DNA of 64,000 bases. Origin: a virus. A program made the translations under genes and the position numbers. Below are positions 46,840 through 56,312 of the stretch, piece after piece. A model generated the notes under the pieces. That model was not told the origin of the DNA. It saw only the letters and a program-made list of their open reading frames with translations, and ran no database searches. The DNA is taken from IMG/VR virus record IMGVR_UViG_3300006736_000004, positions 1 to 64,000 of that record, one strand, 5' to 3'. Positions within the stretch are counted from its first letter, which is position 1; each line of letters starts with the position of its first letter.

Positions 46840-46982
46840 CTCAATTTTTACGGTACTCTCTTCGAGTCTGGCTCACTCGATGCCTCCGGCACTCTCTCGT
46901 TGAACGGTTCGCTCAAGGCCTGCGGTTCTCTCGTTGACAATGGCTCACTCGTCGTAGACGGTTTTCTCAATTGCGATGGTTA
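46840..46982 (-). ncRNA. TIGR-like tandem interspaced guide RNA array (four 36-nt units)
   Basis: Seven 10-nt repeats at an exact 18-nt period (46851, 46869, 46887, 46905, 46923, 46941, 46959), alternating GAGARWRCCG and GAGYGARCCR on the minus strand, with eight unique 8-nt spacers and partial repeats at both ends. Confidence 0.8.
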
Positions 46983-47798
46983 TATAGGCACCTCGATCTT
47001 ATGTGCATGATTAAGATGAGCAATCGGATATGGCAACGGTGGCGACTTACCATAATGTAATTTGTAAGCAACCTCATGGTAATGTGCTAGGAAAAGTTTA
47101 ACTGCATATCTTTCAGCGCGTAATTCAATCCTACCATCAGGCAATCGGCCCTTGATATAAGCCTTGTACGCTTCAGTTGTTTTGCTGAACTTCTTTTCCT
47201 TGAGAGTTCTCTCAGCGGTATCTGCAAAGTCTCCAGCAAGATTCTTGCTTACCTCTTGGGCTTTCCGTTCAGCATAGATATGACCATAGAAGCAATTTTC
47301 GTTATTGTGGAATTTCATAAAGCTCTGTCCAATATTCCAACACAGAGTTTTAAGTCGGGCGTTCCAAGGGCGTTTTTGCCCTTTTTCCCATTTAGCTGTT
47401 GGGTCCAGACCAGCGAATGACCAGATATTGCCAACTGTCGGTGCTTTGGTAATGTCAATGTGAGCAAGAAGGCCAGCAGCAATGACTTCACCGACACCAA
47501 TCTGTGATCTGGCCCACTGTCCCAATGGATCTGCGTTGGAATAATAATTGAGTGCCGCTTTAATCTGGTTCTCCATAGTTCGTGCTTGGTCAGCTAACCA
47601 GTGAAGAACAATGCAGGGTTCTTCCGTTTCACTCATTGACCCAATCTGGTTATTACACCGGATGCGGTTGTCTTGCATCATATAATAGGCATCGACTAGA
47701 AATCTAACCTCTGTAGTGGTCATCTCACCACCACCAGATGCTTTCCGAAGATCACGACTTAATCGTTGAACAGGCTCTAACTGAGTCATTATATCCAT
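46980..47798 (-). CDS. Nop-domain/IS110-related RNA-binding protein without a nuclease domain (TasA-like)
   Basis: LVDAYY.MQD.RIR..NQI, GVGEVIAAGLL..ID, WSFAGL, WNARLKTLCW and RAERYAVKLFL.H motifs. No RuvC/DEDD, HNH or SG catalytic loop. The array begins at its stop codon. Confidence 0.8.
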   Translation of the reverse strand: MDIMTQLEPVQRLSRDLRKASGGGEMTTTEVRFLVDAYYMMQDNRIRCNNQIGSMSETEEPCIVLHWLADQARTMENQIKAALNYYSNADPLGQWARSQIGVGEVIAAGLLAHIDITKAPTVGNIWSFAGLDPTAKWEKGQKRPWNARLKTLCWNIGQSFMKFHNNENCFYGHIYAERKAQEVSKNLAGDFADTAERTLKEKKFSKTTEAYKAYIKGRLPDGRIELRAERYAVKLFLAHYHEVAYKLHYGKSPPLPYPIAHLNHAHKIEVPI

Positions 47799-47813
47799 AA
47801 TCTTACTCCTTTA

Positions 47814-48008
47814 TCATTCCTCCAACGGCGGCTTAATCAACGGACCTTGAAATTCAAATATCGTATCACCGCCTAACTGAAGCCTGATGGCTTTATGATA
47901 ACCACCGTCTACAGTTCTGTGAGTTGTCTCTAGTTCATCTACACGCAGCATTTGCTCTTCAAGCAGCTTGTAGTCCTCGTAGTTCAAGCGTACATAAAAG
48001 TCTCTCAT
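47814..48008 (-). CDS. Hypothetical protein directly upstream of the TasA-like gene
   Basis: AGGAGA RBS, same strand. Confidence 0.55.
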   Translation of the reverse strand: MRDFYVRLNYEDYKLLEEQMLRVDELETTHRTVDGGYHKAIRLQLGGDTIFEFQGPLIKPPLEE

Positions 48009-48562
48009 TCGTTCTCCTATAGTATCACTATTACACCATGCCCTTATGCTTCACCATAGCGATCCTACTTAACATACGGCCTACAAGCCCCATCAATCAC
48101 AAACATACCCTTGACTGAATAAAACAACGTCATCCTACGCAATGCCAACATACATTCTGTGTCTGTGTTAAACGCTTCATCACCTTGTATTGGTGCAGTG
48201 AACGGCAATGACGTAGGCGATGTTAGGGTGGTTACGAGCAAAAATGAGTAAATCCACATAGCTATCCCCAAATCCAAAGTGCCAACCACAGAGGCCATGT
48301 AAGCCCTGCGCCAACAGCGATACAAAGGTACAATATCATTACAGCAACCATCAGTGTTAGAAAATCACTCATCTCCACCATTCCTTATTCTCTGATTTGA
48401 ATCTCAAATGGTCTGCAAAGATAATTATCAGTATGATGAAGCAAACAATTGTCCAGCCGAATATGAGTGCTATGTCCATTACATCTAACGCCTCCACACC
48501 CTAGCGTCAGGCTTATGGGGGATAAGAGGGTGACATGAAGCCCTCGTGTGGCCCAATCCCAT

Positions 48563-49021
48563 TTATAGATTATCCTTGTATTCGTAGTCTGTCCATAGCG
48601 CATTCCACTTCGATGGATCAGCGGCTATCTCATTGGCTGATTCGTGATTAAGAAATATCTTAACCTGTTCTCGTAACGGATGGAGTGGATTTAGCTCAAT
48701 ATGATGCCCTTTTCTGAACCACTCACCAAAATCCCCCTTTTCATCAGCCACTACGGCTTCAAACTGTCTTTTAGCTCTCTGTCCGGGCGTAGGTTCTGAC
48801 CCTTTTGCGTACCCATTCTCAAAGATGGGGTCTTCATTGAACTCAGCTTGGTCTGCTATGGCTAACGCTACAAGGAACCGTGTTCCCGGCTTGGCATTAA
48901 GGACTTCATTCGGCATATCATCGAATTGGATTTTCATAGTGAACTTCCAATCGCCTGACTGTATCTGGCTTAGAGAGTCCTTCTTAGCCTCAAAGCCGGG
49001 GATTATATCACCTTGTTTCAT
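48563..49021 (-). CDS. Hypothetical phage protein
   Basis: FEAKK..L.Q and PGTRF.VAL motifs, in operon. Confidence 0.6.
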   Translation of the reverse strand: MKQGDIIPGFEAKKDSLSQIQSGDWKFTMKIQFDDMPNEVLNAKPGTRFLVALAIADQAEFNEDPIFENGYAKGSEPTPGQRAKRQFEAVVADEKGDFGEWFRKGHHIELNPLHPLREQVKIFLNHESANEIAADPSKWNALWTDYEYKDNL

Positions 49022-49146
49022 CCTTCTTAAAGCACCCTATGCGGCACTTCTCCCTAATCAAAAAGTTTTCAGTCTTCAGTTTCTCAATCTCTTCCTCTAG
49101 TCTCTTGATTTTCTCATCAAGAGATGCCAACCGTTCAACCTCTTTA

Positions 49147-49500
49147 TCAAGCCAAGGTGATACCATTAGCCTTATCCCGTATTTTCTTGTCAGGACTTCT
49201 CTCAGCAAGAGTCTGGGCAACCTTAAATGGATCAAACGTCATCTTCCAGAACTCCCTCTCTCCAATGTTATGCTGTAGCGTATGGCACTTAGAACACAGT
49301 GGGACGATTTTGGTATCACAAGGCTTTCTGCCCATCCCGGCTTGCTGGTTCATTCTGATGTGAGCAGCTTGGCTCACTGTCCTGCCAGCATGAACTAGGT
49401 TAAGTCGCATACACACGATACACCAATGCTCACTGACAAACTTCTGATGTTTGGTTGACTTGATGAACTTTTGTTTTTGCACTCCACTCTCCCGGCTCAA
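49147..49500 (-). CDS. DUF968/HNH-like Zn-binding nuclease
   Basis: CIVC, AAHIR, GMGRKP.D and PLCSKCH..QH motifs. Confidence 0.75.
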   Translation of the reverse strand: MSRESGVQKQKFIKSTKHQKFVSEHWCIVCMRLNLVHAGRTVSQAAHIRMNQQAGMGRKPCDTKIVPLCSKCHTLQHNIGEREFWKMTFDPFKVAQTLAERSPDKKIRDKANGITLA

Positions 49501-49653
49501 GATTGTTATCTGGTTCAGTCCAGACTCTAACCATATTACCAGAAGTTACTTCATAAAAGGTTAACCGACACTCAGGACATATGAGTGCTTTTGATTTTTG
49601 AGCGAACCTTGGCTTTTCTTCATCGAAATTCATCGTGCATTTTTCACAGTGTT

Positions 49654-50118
49654 TCATTTGATTTCTCCCTGTAAAGCTCTATTTGCTCTGCTTACACAGT
49701 ACTCAATTCCTCCCGTGGAAGCGTTTTGTATAATATCACCAATAGCAGCCTCTAGCTCGTAGATTCTTTCAGTCTTTTTGTCGGTATAGAAGACTCTATC
49801 TTTCCAGAGTGATTTGTCGGTTTGCAATTCGTAGACTTGGCGTTGCCTACCTGACGATGATGTTTTAGTCAGAGTTGTGCCATCTGGATTTTGAGCCACC
49901 CGAATCCTTCTCTTCTCAAGCAGTGGCCTGAAGCGGGGAGTAATCCCCCCATCATCGACACTAAGGTACAGAGCAACTTCTTGCGCCGTCATGGGATACT
50001 CTGCCAAAGCATCCAATACCTGCATCTCGCGTTTTGTGACATTCGCCATCCTGCCAGCATCGTGGCTAGTTTGCGGATCACTGGCACGGGAATGTCCCCA
50101 TTCAATTAAGTCTGCCAT
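49654..50118 (-). CDS. Winged-HTH DNA-binding protein
   Basis: RASDPQTSHDA, MTAQEVA, ITPRFRPL and SGRQ motifs. Confidence 0.65.
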   Translation of the reverse strand: MADLIEWGHSRASDPQTSHDAGRMANVTKREMQVLDALAEYPMTAQEVALYLSVDDGGITPRFRPLLEKRRIRVAQNPDGTTLTKTSSSGRQRQVYELQTDKSLWKDRVFYTDKKTERIYELEAAIGDIIQNASTGGIEYCVSRANRALQGEIK

Positions 50119-50753
50119 CAGAAGGGAATCTCGTCATCCAAATCATTGCCATCATAATCAATCCCAACATCGTATCCCATGACGGCAACATCAGGAACAC
50201 TAGGCCCATTAACAATCTCCTGATATTCAGGCGACTTGGCGATCTTTGATTTCATGCTTTCAGACAACTCATCAAACGTAGCTTGATCAAAACCATCCAA
50301 GTCAAGTAACACTGTAGGGTTGATCAATGCAGGTGCTGCCGTGCCTTTGGGGAGTTTGCAGATGGCACTTATGTTGGCGTATGTAGTGCCTGTTTTGTTA
50401 TCATGCGTAATACCCAGCATACACCCGATACCTAACAGCTTGCTAATATCAAAGCCTTCAGGTCCGAAATCGTTTTCATTAAAAGCCTTCCCTCTCCAAG
50501 ACTCAAGGTGCTGCCTTAGAGTGGCCTTCTCATGGCTGCTGTAGGTGTATATCTTATGGACAGAGAACGGCCTTCCGTCTTCCATCTTTTCTTCAGGTAG
50601 CTCCCAGCTTAACATCACTTTACGCTTGTGGTTAATTTCCCCTGCAAATTCACCTTGTTGGGTTCCACAGTCAATGACCCTATAGCACACTGCGATATGA
50701 GTTCCGGCTGGGGTAATCTCGAAAGTTGTCGAATTGTCTGCTGGCATTCTCAT
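50118..50753 (-). CDS. Phage ssDNA-binding/replication protein (OB-fold-like)
   Basis: PAGTHIAVCYRVID.GTQ, S.HEKA.LR..LESWRG and acidic DDEIPF tail. Confidence 0.75.
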   Translation of the reverse strand: MRMPADNSTTFEITPAGTHIAVCYRVIDCGTQQGEFAGEINHKRKVMLSWELPEEKMEDGRPFSVHKIYTYSSHEKATLRQHLESWRGKAFNENDFGPEGFDISKLLGIGCMLGITHDNKTGTTYANISAICKLPKGTAAPALINPTVLLDLDGFDQATFDELSESMKSKIAKSPEYQEIVNGPSVPDVAVMGYDVGIDYDGNDLDDEIPF

Positions 50754-50764
50754 CTTCCTATCTC

Positions 50765-51427
50765 CTATGCGGCTCTCTTCTTGAGAACCTTATCCAAATC
50801 ATACAATTTCCTCATTAGCTTAAACGCTTCCCATGCGTCATCAAGTTCTGAAAAGTGGTGATGATGAAAGTCTGCATGGTCTTTAGAGAATCTACACAAG
50901 TGAAACCCGCCTGTCAATTGAGCATCTGGGTTATGAAAATTCCACAAATGTGCGTAACACGATAATTGAATCAGTGAATCCGAATAAAGTTTATTCCCGG
51001 TTTTCCAATCCAACAAACAAAACTCGCCGTTAACGTAACCAACCGCATCAGGGGTACCACCAAATCTGAACTCATTAGAGACTAGGTGCATCTCTGTATC
51101 CACGATCTCCAATTTAGACATAGAGGCCCATTTTTCGTAAGCCTCGTAGGCTTGTACTGCTAATGGGTACTCAACGTCACCCCAATCCTCGTCGCGCTTT
51201 GTGGGGTCTTTTTCGCCTCTGATAGAGCGTTCTACCATCTCATGTGCCATTGTACCCGACCCACCAGCGGAATCTCTAACGTCACGGTAATCCTTACCTT
51301 CGATTCCTATGTTCCAAGCCCAATGGATAAGACCACCACTCTCTTTAAACCTACCAATCACTGTGGTAGTGCCGGGAACGCGAACTTTCTTACCGTCTAC
51401 TTGGATGTAGTAAGGTGCTGTTGGCAT
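50765..51427 (-). CDS. PD-(D/E)XK exonuclease
   Basis: P..TTVI, GT.AH, GGTPD, LDWKT and QLSCY motifs. Confidence 0.8.
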   Translation of the reverse strand: MPTAPYYIQVDGKKVRVPGTTTVIGRFKESGGLIHWAWNIGIEGKDYRDVRDSAGGSGTMAHEMVERSIRGEKDPTKRDEDWGDVEYPLAVQAYEAYEKWASMSKLEIVDTEMHLVSNEFRFGGTPDAVGYVNGEFCLLDWKTGNKLYSDSLIQLSCYAHLWNFHNPDAQLTGGFHLCRFSKDHADFHHHHFSELDDAWEAFKLMRKLYDLDKVLKKRAA

Positions 51428-51571
51428 TGGTGAACCTCATAAAGTTGTATTCTCAAGCCTATTGTCGTTAAGGCTACTTTCAAATCCTCAAGAGCCAAGG
51501 CGAAATTCTCATCAGTCATAAGAACAAACGCCCTAGCGTCTTGTTTGAACTGGTTGCTGAGATATTCGGGG

Positions 51572-52054
51572 TCAGTCATTAATCCAACTCCAAGTTTCTT
51601 CCACTAAATTACCATCCCTCCTTCTGGTTAAAGAGGGAACCTTCAGTTTCAGGATGTCACAAATTTGCTGGATATGTGATGGGTCTGGTTCAAAGCAATA
51701 CCTTCGGAGGTATGTTTCCTGTGTTATCGGGAATGCTACAACGGTGTTGTCCATGCTAAGTGGGCGGGACCACTCTTGGGATGCAAGGGTCATTATGTCA
51801 CCAGCCGCCCTTGTCAGCCACCGTATGGCATTGCCTTTTTCGTCCCATTTGATCTTGCGGCCCCTAACAAGAACAATCTCTGTGAGTTTGCGCTCTATCC
51901 TAGAGGCAAGCACATCTATTGTACGCCCACCTTGATTGCTCATATCAGGATTCTTAAAATAGTAATCATCCGTCTTTGAATTGGGCAAGCGATAGATCGA
52001 ATCATCATCATTGACCACAAAATACCTGTAGCTGAATAGGTCAGTCATTCCCAA
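51572..52054 (-). CDS. Hypothetical protein
   Basis: Coupled ORF in the minus operon. Confidence 0.55.
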   Translation of the reverse strand: MGMTDLFSYRYFVVNDDDSIYRLPNSKTDDYYFKNPDMSNQGGRTIDVLASRIERKLTEIVLVRGRKIKWDEKGNAIRWLTRAAGDIMTLASQEWSRPLSMDNTVVAFPITQETYLRRYCFEPDPSHIQQICDILKLKVPSLTRRRDGNLVEETWSWIND

Positions 52055-52350
52055 CCCATTTCATCAGCTTTATCAATAGCCGCCCATTCAATGTCCTCTG
52101 ACAGCATTGTGAGTGTGGCTTCTTTCCACTTGCGAATCCACAGTCCGTCAGGATCAAAGTCTTGTGGATGCTCTTGGTTATTTATGATGTGGCAGGTAAA
52201 CTCAGCTTCCGGTGCCTCTGCCGGATAACAATTCTCTGGTGGGCCATAGGTCTGTGCAGACAAACCAGGAGTTACTTCAGCTTCCACCCAGAGAAGATCA
52301 CCGGAAGGAAGCTCGTATTCAAACTCGACACTAGCTTTTCTGGATTTCAT
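52045..52350 (-). CDS. Hypothetical protein (GPPENCYP.E motif)
   Basis: First gene of the leftward operon, AAGGAG RBS. Confidence 0.6.
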   Translation of the reverse strand: MKSRKASVEFEYELPSGDLLWVEAEVTPGLSAQTYGPPENCYPAEAPEAEFTCHIINNQEHPQDFDPDGLWIRKWKEATLTMLSEDIEWAAIDKADEMGWE

Positions 52351-52374
52351 GTCGTTTCTCCTTACTACAATCCG

Positions 52375-52445
52375 ACCCTAAAGATGTTTAATCAGCGTGT
52401 CAATAATTATTTTCATTGACTTGGCCCACCCCTAGCCCTAAGAGA
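52375..52445. promoter_or_regulatory. Back-to-back divergent promoters
   Basis: Minus TTGACA-17-TAGGGT and plus TTGACT-17-TAAGAG flanking an AT-rich core at the strand switch. Confidence 0.55.
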
Positions 52446-52450
52446 GAAGT

Positions 52451-52675
52451 ATGAATTACAAAAAATACAGAAACCTGACGATTTGGCTCAAAGAGGCTGT
52501 CACTGGTGATGTGGTTGTCTATCACGAAGGCTTACTTATGCTGGATAGGCAAATGTCCCCAGGAGCGCATAAGATAGCAGACAAGGTTATGTCTCTATAT
52601 GCCGCTGGTGTGGTTGAGTTGATTCAAAATAAGAATAGCGATGGGGACTACACTTATATGGCAGTGATGAAATGA
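52451..52675 (+). CDS. Hypothetical small protein
   Basis: First gene of the rightward operon, YH.G.L..DR motif. Confidence 0.6.
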   Translation: MNYKKYRNLTIWLKEAVTGDVVVYHEGLLMLDRQMSPGAHKIADKVMSLYAAGVVELIQNKNSDGDYTYMAVMK

Positions 52676-52881
52676 GTCGCTCGAATAATATCACTATCAA
52701 AATCAAGCGAGAGGACACGGGCCTGAGAGGTGCCATATTCTTACACGCAGACCATTCTCAAGGTAAAATTATCTCTGTGAGGATTTCTTCAAAGCATAAG
52801 GATGAGGCACTTGGTCAGGTGTTTAGGGCACTGGGGGATTCACTGACTGATATATGTGAACTTTTGAAGGGAGATAAGTGA
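52672..52881 (+). CDS. Hypothetical protein
   Basis: Translationally coupled ORF. Confidence 0.55.
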   Translation: MSRSNNITIKIKREDTGLRGAIFLHADHSQGKIISVRISSKHKDEALGQVFRALGDSLTDICELLKGDK

Positions 52882-53216
52882 TGGGTGGCAGAGCAAGCAA
52901 ACAAAAGGGAGATAGATTTGAGCGTGATCTCGTTGCTGCCGCTAAAGTTCATGGACTAGACGCTAAACGTGTACCATTAAGTGGTGCATGTGAGGGCTAT
53001 AAGCATGATTTAGAGGTTTTCAACGGGGATGAAAAATGGACCGTGGAAGCTAAAAAGCGTGGTTCTGGATTTCGTTCCATTAGAAAGTGGCTTGGCACAG
53101 GCGGTGAGGATGACCCTGATGTTTTGATTATTGGCTCAGATCGTGAGAAACCGTTAGCCATATTACATGCAGACGATTTTTGGTGGCTCTTAAAGAGGGC
53201 CGGTAAAAATGGGTGA
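52878..53216 (+). CDS. Holliday junction resolvase (Hjc-like PD-(D/E)XK)
   Basis: SKQKGDRFERDL, RVPLSGA and VEAKKR motifs. Confidence 0.8.
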   Translation: MMGGRASKQKGDRFERDLVAAAKVHGLDAKRVPLSGACEGYKHDLEVFNGDEKWTVEAKKRGSGFRSIRKWLGTGGEDDPDVLIIGSDREKPLAILHADDFWWLLKRAGKNG

Positions 53217-53529
53217 CGTTGTAACACTCAGGCCTTGGAGCGAAAAAGAAATTGACTTTTTGCATGAGGCATATCAGGATAAAAATTGGAGCGTTAAGGA
53301 AATCTGTGAGAAGCTAGATAGGACAAAAAATATGGTAATCGGTTCCGCAAGACGGCGTGGATTAAAACGCCCAGAGCATTTCGTCGAAATAGGTGAGGGG
53401 GATAATAAGCTAATTCGTCTTGGCAAATGCTCCCGATGTGAAATGCCGATTTTCAGCAATAATAAGGAAGATTGGACTGACCCGCTTGTTTGCACTCATT
53501 GCACTGCCGGTCTACCAGAACAGGAGTAA
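53209..53529 (+). CDS. GcrA-like HTH protein with a Zn ribbon
   Basis: WSEKEID.L..S..EIC..L.RTKN.VIG..RR.GL plus CxxC..CxxC. Confidence 0.6.
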   Translation: MGDVVTLRPWSEKEIDFLHEAYQDKNWSVKEICEKLDRTKNMVIGSARRRGLKRPEHFVEIGEGDNKLIRLGKCSRCEMPIFSNNKEDWTDPLVCTHCTAGLPEQE

Positions 53530-53668
53530 TCTAAAATGAAACCCGCAACATACATATCAGCTAAGAACCGCTTGCTTAAAGAGATCAAGGATGAGGCCAA
53601 TCCACATAAACGTGGCTCGTTAAAACGTAAACTTGATTTGCTTATTGACCGCTATGGTCCAGCTAATA

Positions 53669-55021
53669 ATGACGGCTGAATACCATCCACCTGATCTAAC
53701 CCGGCAACTGCCTCATGCTGTAACGGCTGAAACAGCCCTGCTAGGCTCTATCCTTACGTTAGATTGCGTCGAGGCTGTCTCTGAGGTTCTTGAGAGTAAG
53801 CACTTTGCGTTAGAGGAACACAGCACTCTATTTAATAAAGCCGTGGCGAAGGCCAAGCAGGGGCAGCTTGTTGACCTCGCTACGATGAAAACCCATCTCA
53901 CAGCAGAGCAGATAGGTGAATTTTCCAATGCCGCTGTGACGAAATCAACTGCGATTGAGTACGCACACCACATCAAGGACTGCTATCTCCACCGGCAACT
54001 CATTGGTATAGGTGCAAGCATCACATCTGACGGCTACGCGGACGTAACCATAGACGATGCGATAGAAGGTGCGGGTGCGCTGCTAGAAGGGTTAAGTTTA
54101 GACTTACCGGCGTCTGGTACACTATGTATTAGAGACAGTGTTGCAGAGTCTCTTTTGAGCGTAGAAGGTGCTTGCAGAGGTGAAAACCAAGGACTGCCTA
54201 CGGGGCTTGTGGATTTCGATAAAATTATAGGTGGTCTACGAGGGCCGGATTTGATTGTTCTCGCAGGAAGGCCAGCAATGGGCAAGACCTCTCTCGCGCT
54301 TGGGATCGCTCACAGCGTTGCCAAAAAGGACAAGACCGTTGCTTTTTTTAGCCTAGAGATGTCTGCACACCAGTTAAACCAAAGGTTGTTTTCTATGACC
54401 TCTGGCGTGGACTTACAAAGAATCTGGCAAGGCGACATAGGAGAACCAGAATGGCCGGAACTAAGAAGGGCGGCAGAGGAGCTGCAAGGGCTGCCGATTC
54501 ACGTAGACGATCATGCGGGTCTAACTCCAAGCCAGATAAAGTCGAGAGCGAAAAAGATACAACGCAAACACGGGTTAGATTTAATCGTGGTAGATTACCT
54601 GCAACTTTCCACGGCTGGCGAGAGGTACTCTGGACAAAGGGTAAATGAAGTCTCACAACTTACAGCGGCCTTCAAGGGAATGGCTAAGGATTTGGGTGTA
54701 CCTGTTATCCTGTTATCCCAATTGAGTAGAGCCGTGGAACAGCGTGAGAACCACCGGCCAATCTTATCAGACCTACGAGATTCTGGGTCTATAGAACAGG
54801 ACGCTGATATTGTAGGATTTGTGTTTCGTGAGGAATACTATGTCAGCCGGTCTAAGCCATCTGATATGATGAGTGAGGCTTATATTAAATGGCAGGAGAA
54901 GATGGAATTATGTCGAGGCAAGGGTGAATTGATTATCGACAAAAACCGTAACGGGCCGACAGGAATGGTTAATCTGACTTGGGTGGCGGCGAGGACTCTT
55001 TTTGGCAGCGCAGCAAGATAG
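53669..55021 (+). CDS. dnaB: Replicative DNA helicase
   Basis: AGRPAMGKT, FFSLEM, VVDYLQL, LSQLSR, DLRDSGSIEQDAD and KNRNGPTG motifs. Confidence 0.95.
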   Translation: MTAEYHPPDLTRQLPHAVTAETALLGSILTLDCVEAVSEVLESKHFALEEHSTLFNKAVAKAKQGQLVDLATMKTHLTAEQIGEFSNAAVTKSTAIEYAHHIKDCYLHRQLIGIGASITSDGYADVTIDDAIEGAGALLEGLSLDLPASGTLCIRDSVAESLLSVEGACRGENQGLPTGLVDFDKIIGGLRGPDLIVLAGRPAMGKTSLALGIAHSVAKKDKTVAFFSLEMSAHQLNQRLFSMTSGVDLQRIWQGDIGEPEWPELRRAAEELQGLPIHVDDHAGLTPSQIKSRAKKIQRKHGLDLIVVDYLQLSTAGERYSGQRVNEVSQLTAAFKGMAKDLGVPVILLSQLSRAVEQRENHRPILSDLRDSGSIEQDADIVGFVFREEYYVSRSKPSDMMSEAYIKWQEKMELCRGKGELIIDKNRNGPTGMVNLTWVAARTLFGSAAR

Positions 55022-55030
55022 GAGGAATAA

Positions 55031-55912
55031 GTGAATCCATACAAAATAGAAGGCCCAGCAATCATATCATTTAGTGGTGGTAGAACCAGCGGGTTTATGT
55101 TGCGGCAGATTCTTGACGCCCATGATGGCGTCTTGCCTGACGATGTTATTGTCAGCTTCCAAAATACTGGCAAAGAGATGCCGGAAACCCTCAACTTCAT
55201 CCAAAAATGTTCTGATCAATGGAACGTCCCTATTAACTGGCTGGAGTTTAGACGAACCGAAGAAGGTAAAATGTCCTACACCGTTGTTAACCACAATTCA
55301 GCAAGTCGCAATGGTGAGCCATTTGAAATACTGTTATCTGCCAAGCGGTATCTTCCCAACCCAGCAGTTAGGTTATGTACCTACGAAATGAAGATACGCA
55401 CAGTTGAGAGGTACTGTAAAAAAGAGTTGGGGTGGAAAAATTGGGATATGGTGATTGGGTTGAGGGCTGATGAACAAAGGCGGGTCAGTAATATGCGACG
55501 GCAAAACGATAAATCCAGCGTTTGCTGGGAAACAACTATGCCGCTTGCCGACGCCAATATATCAAAGTGGGATATTAAAAAGTTCTGGGATTCAGCAGAT
55601 TTTGACCTTCAGTTACCCAACATTAACGGCTCAACCCCAATGGGGAACTGTGACCTTTGTTTTTTAAAGGGAACGGCTACACTACTAGGGATTATTAGAG
55701 AAAGACCGGAGCTTGCACAGTGGTGGATAGATCGTGAGACTGAGGCAGTGGAGCGTCATAAGCTCAGAGAGGGCTATAAGGACAATGCCGACATTCTCCA
55801 GTTTCGCAAAGATCGTCCAAGCTACAAAAGGATGCTGGAGTTAACACAAGAACAGGGTGACTTTTTTAATATAGCAGATGATGCAACAGTCCCCTGCATG
55901 TGTACCGACTAG
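55031..55912 (+). CDS. PAPS reductase-family protein (NinC-like)
   Basis: SFSGGRTSG, NTGKE, R.CT..MK, GLRADE, GNCDLCFLKG and C-terminal CMCTD motifs. Confidence 0.85.
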   Translation: MNPYKIEGPAIISFSGGRTSGFMLRQILDAHDGVLPDDVIVSFQNTGKEMPETLNFIQKCSDQWNVPINWLEFRRTEEGKMSYTVVNHNSASRNGEPFEILLSAKRYLPNPAVRLCTYEMKIRTVERYCKKELGWKNWDMVIGLRADEQRRVSNMRRQNDKSSVCWETTMPLADANISKWDIKKFWDSADFDLQLPNINGSTPMGNCDLCFLKGTATLLGIIRERPELAQWWIDRETEAVERHKLREGYKDNADILQFRKDRPSYKRMLELTQEQGDFFNIADDATVPCMCTD

Positions 55913-56268
55913 GAGGAAGCTATGGACTACAATGAAAAAGTATTAATTCACGCACTCAAGGCTTTCGCAATCGAAGTGACTCGCAGACCATCAGACATGG
56001 CAGCGGGTTATATGATAGAAGCCGCTACCACGATAGAGCGGTTGCTGGCAGAGCGTAAGTCAAAATGAACGTCCCAACCACCCTATGTTTAATAATCGTT
56101 ATCATCATGCTAACATGTGTGACAATTATACAACTGGACAGGGTGAGCTTGCAGATAGAAGATATTGTAACAGCTTGTGAAATGGATGAGGTGTAATGAG
56201 TACCATACTACCCATTATAGCGGATAAACCGGCTTAATGGGTAGTTTAGGTTACACAGTAGATTGAAT

Positions 56269-56312
56269 GTTCTCATTATGTTCTTGACAAAGCGATATAG
56301 AAGGAGTATATT
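56269..56312 (+). promoter_or_regulatory. Alphaproteobacterial LexA-type box abutting a sigma70 promoter
   Basis: GTTC-tcattat-GTTC (56269-56283) directly followed by TTGACA-17 nt-TATATT. Confidence 0.65.

Noticed and set aside
46840-46982. CRISPR array or simple minisatellite
   Set aside because: Repeats (10 nt) and spacers (8 nt) are far too short for CRISPR and no cas genes are present. Unique spacers with alternating repeat classes rule out a plain tandem repeat.
46980-47798. IS110/IS116 transposase (mobile element) call
   Set aside because: There is no N-terminal DEDD/RuvC domain, no SG catalytic loop after AGLDP and no IS ends. It is better explained as the stand-alone RNA-binding protein of the adjacent array.
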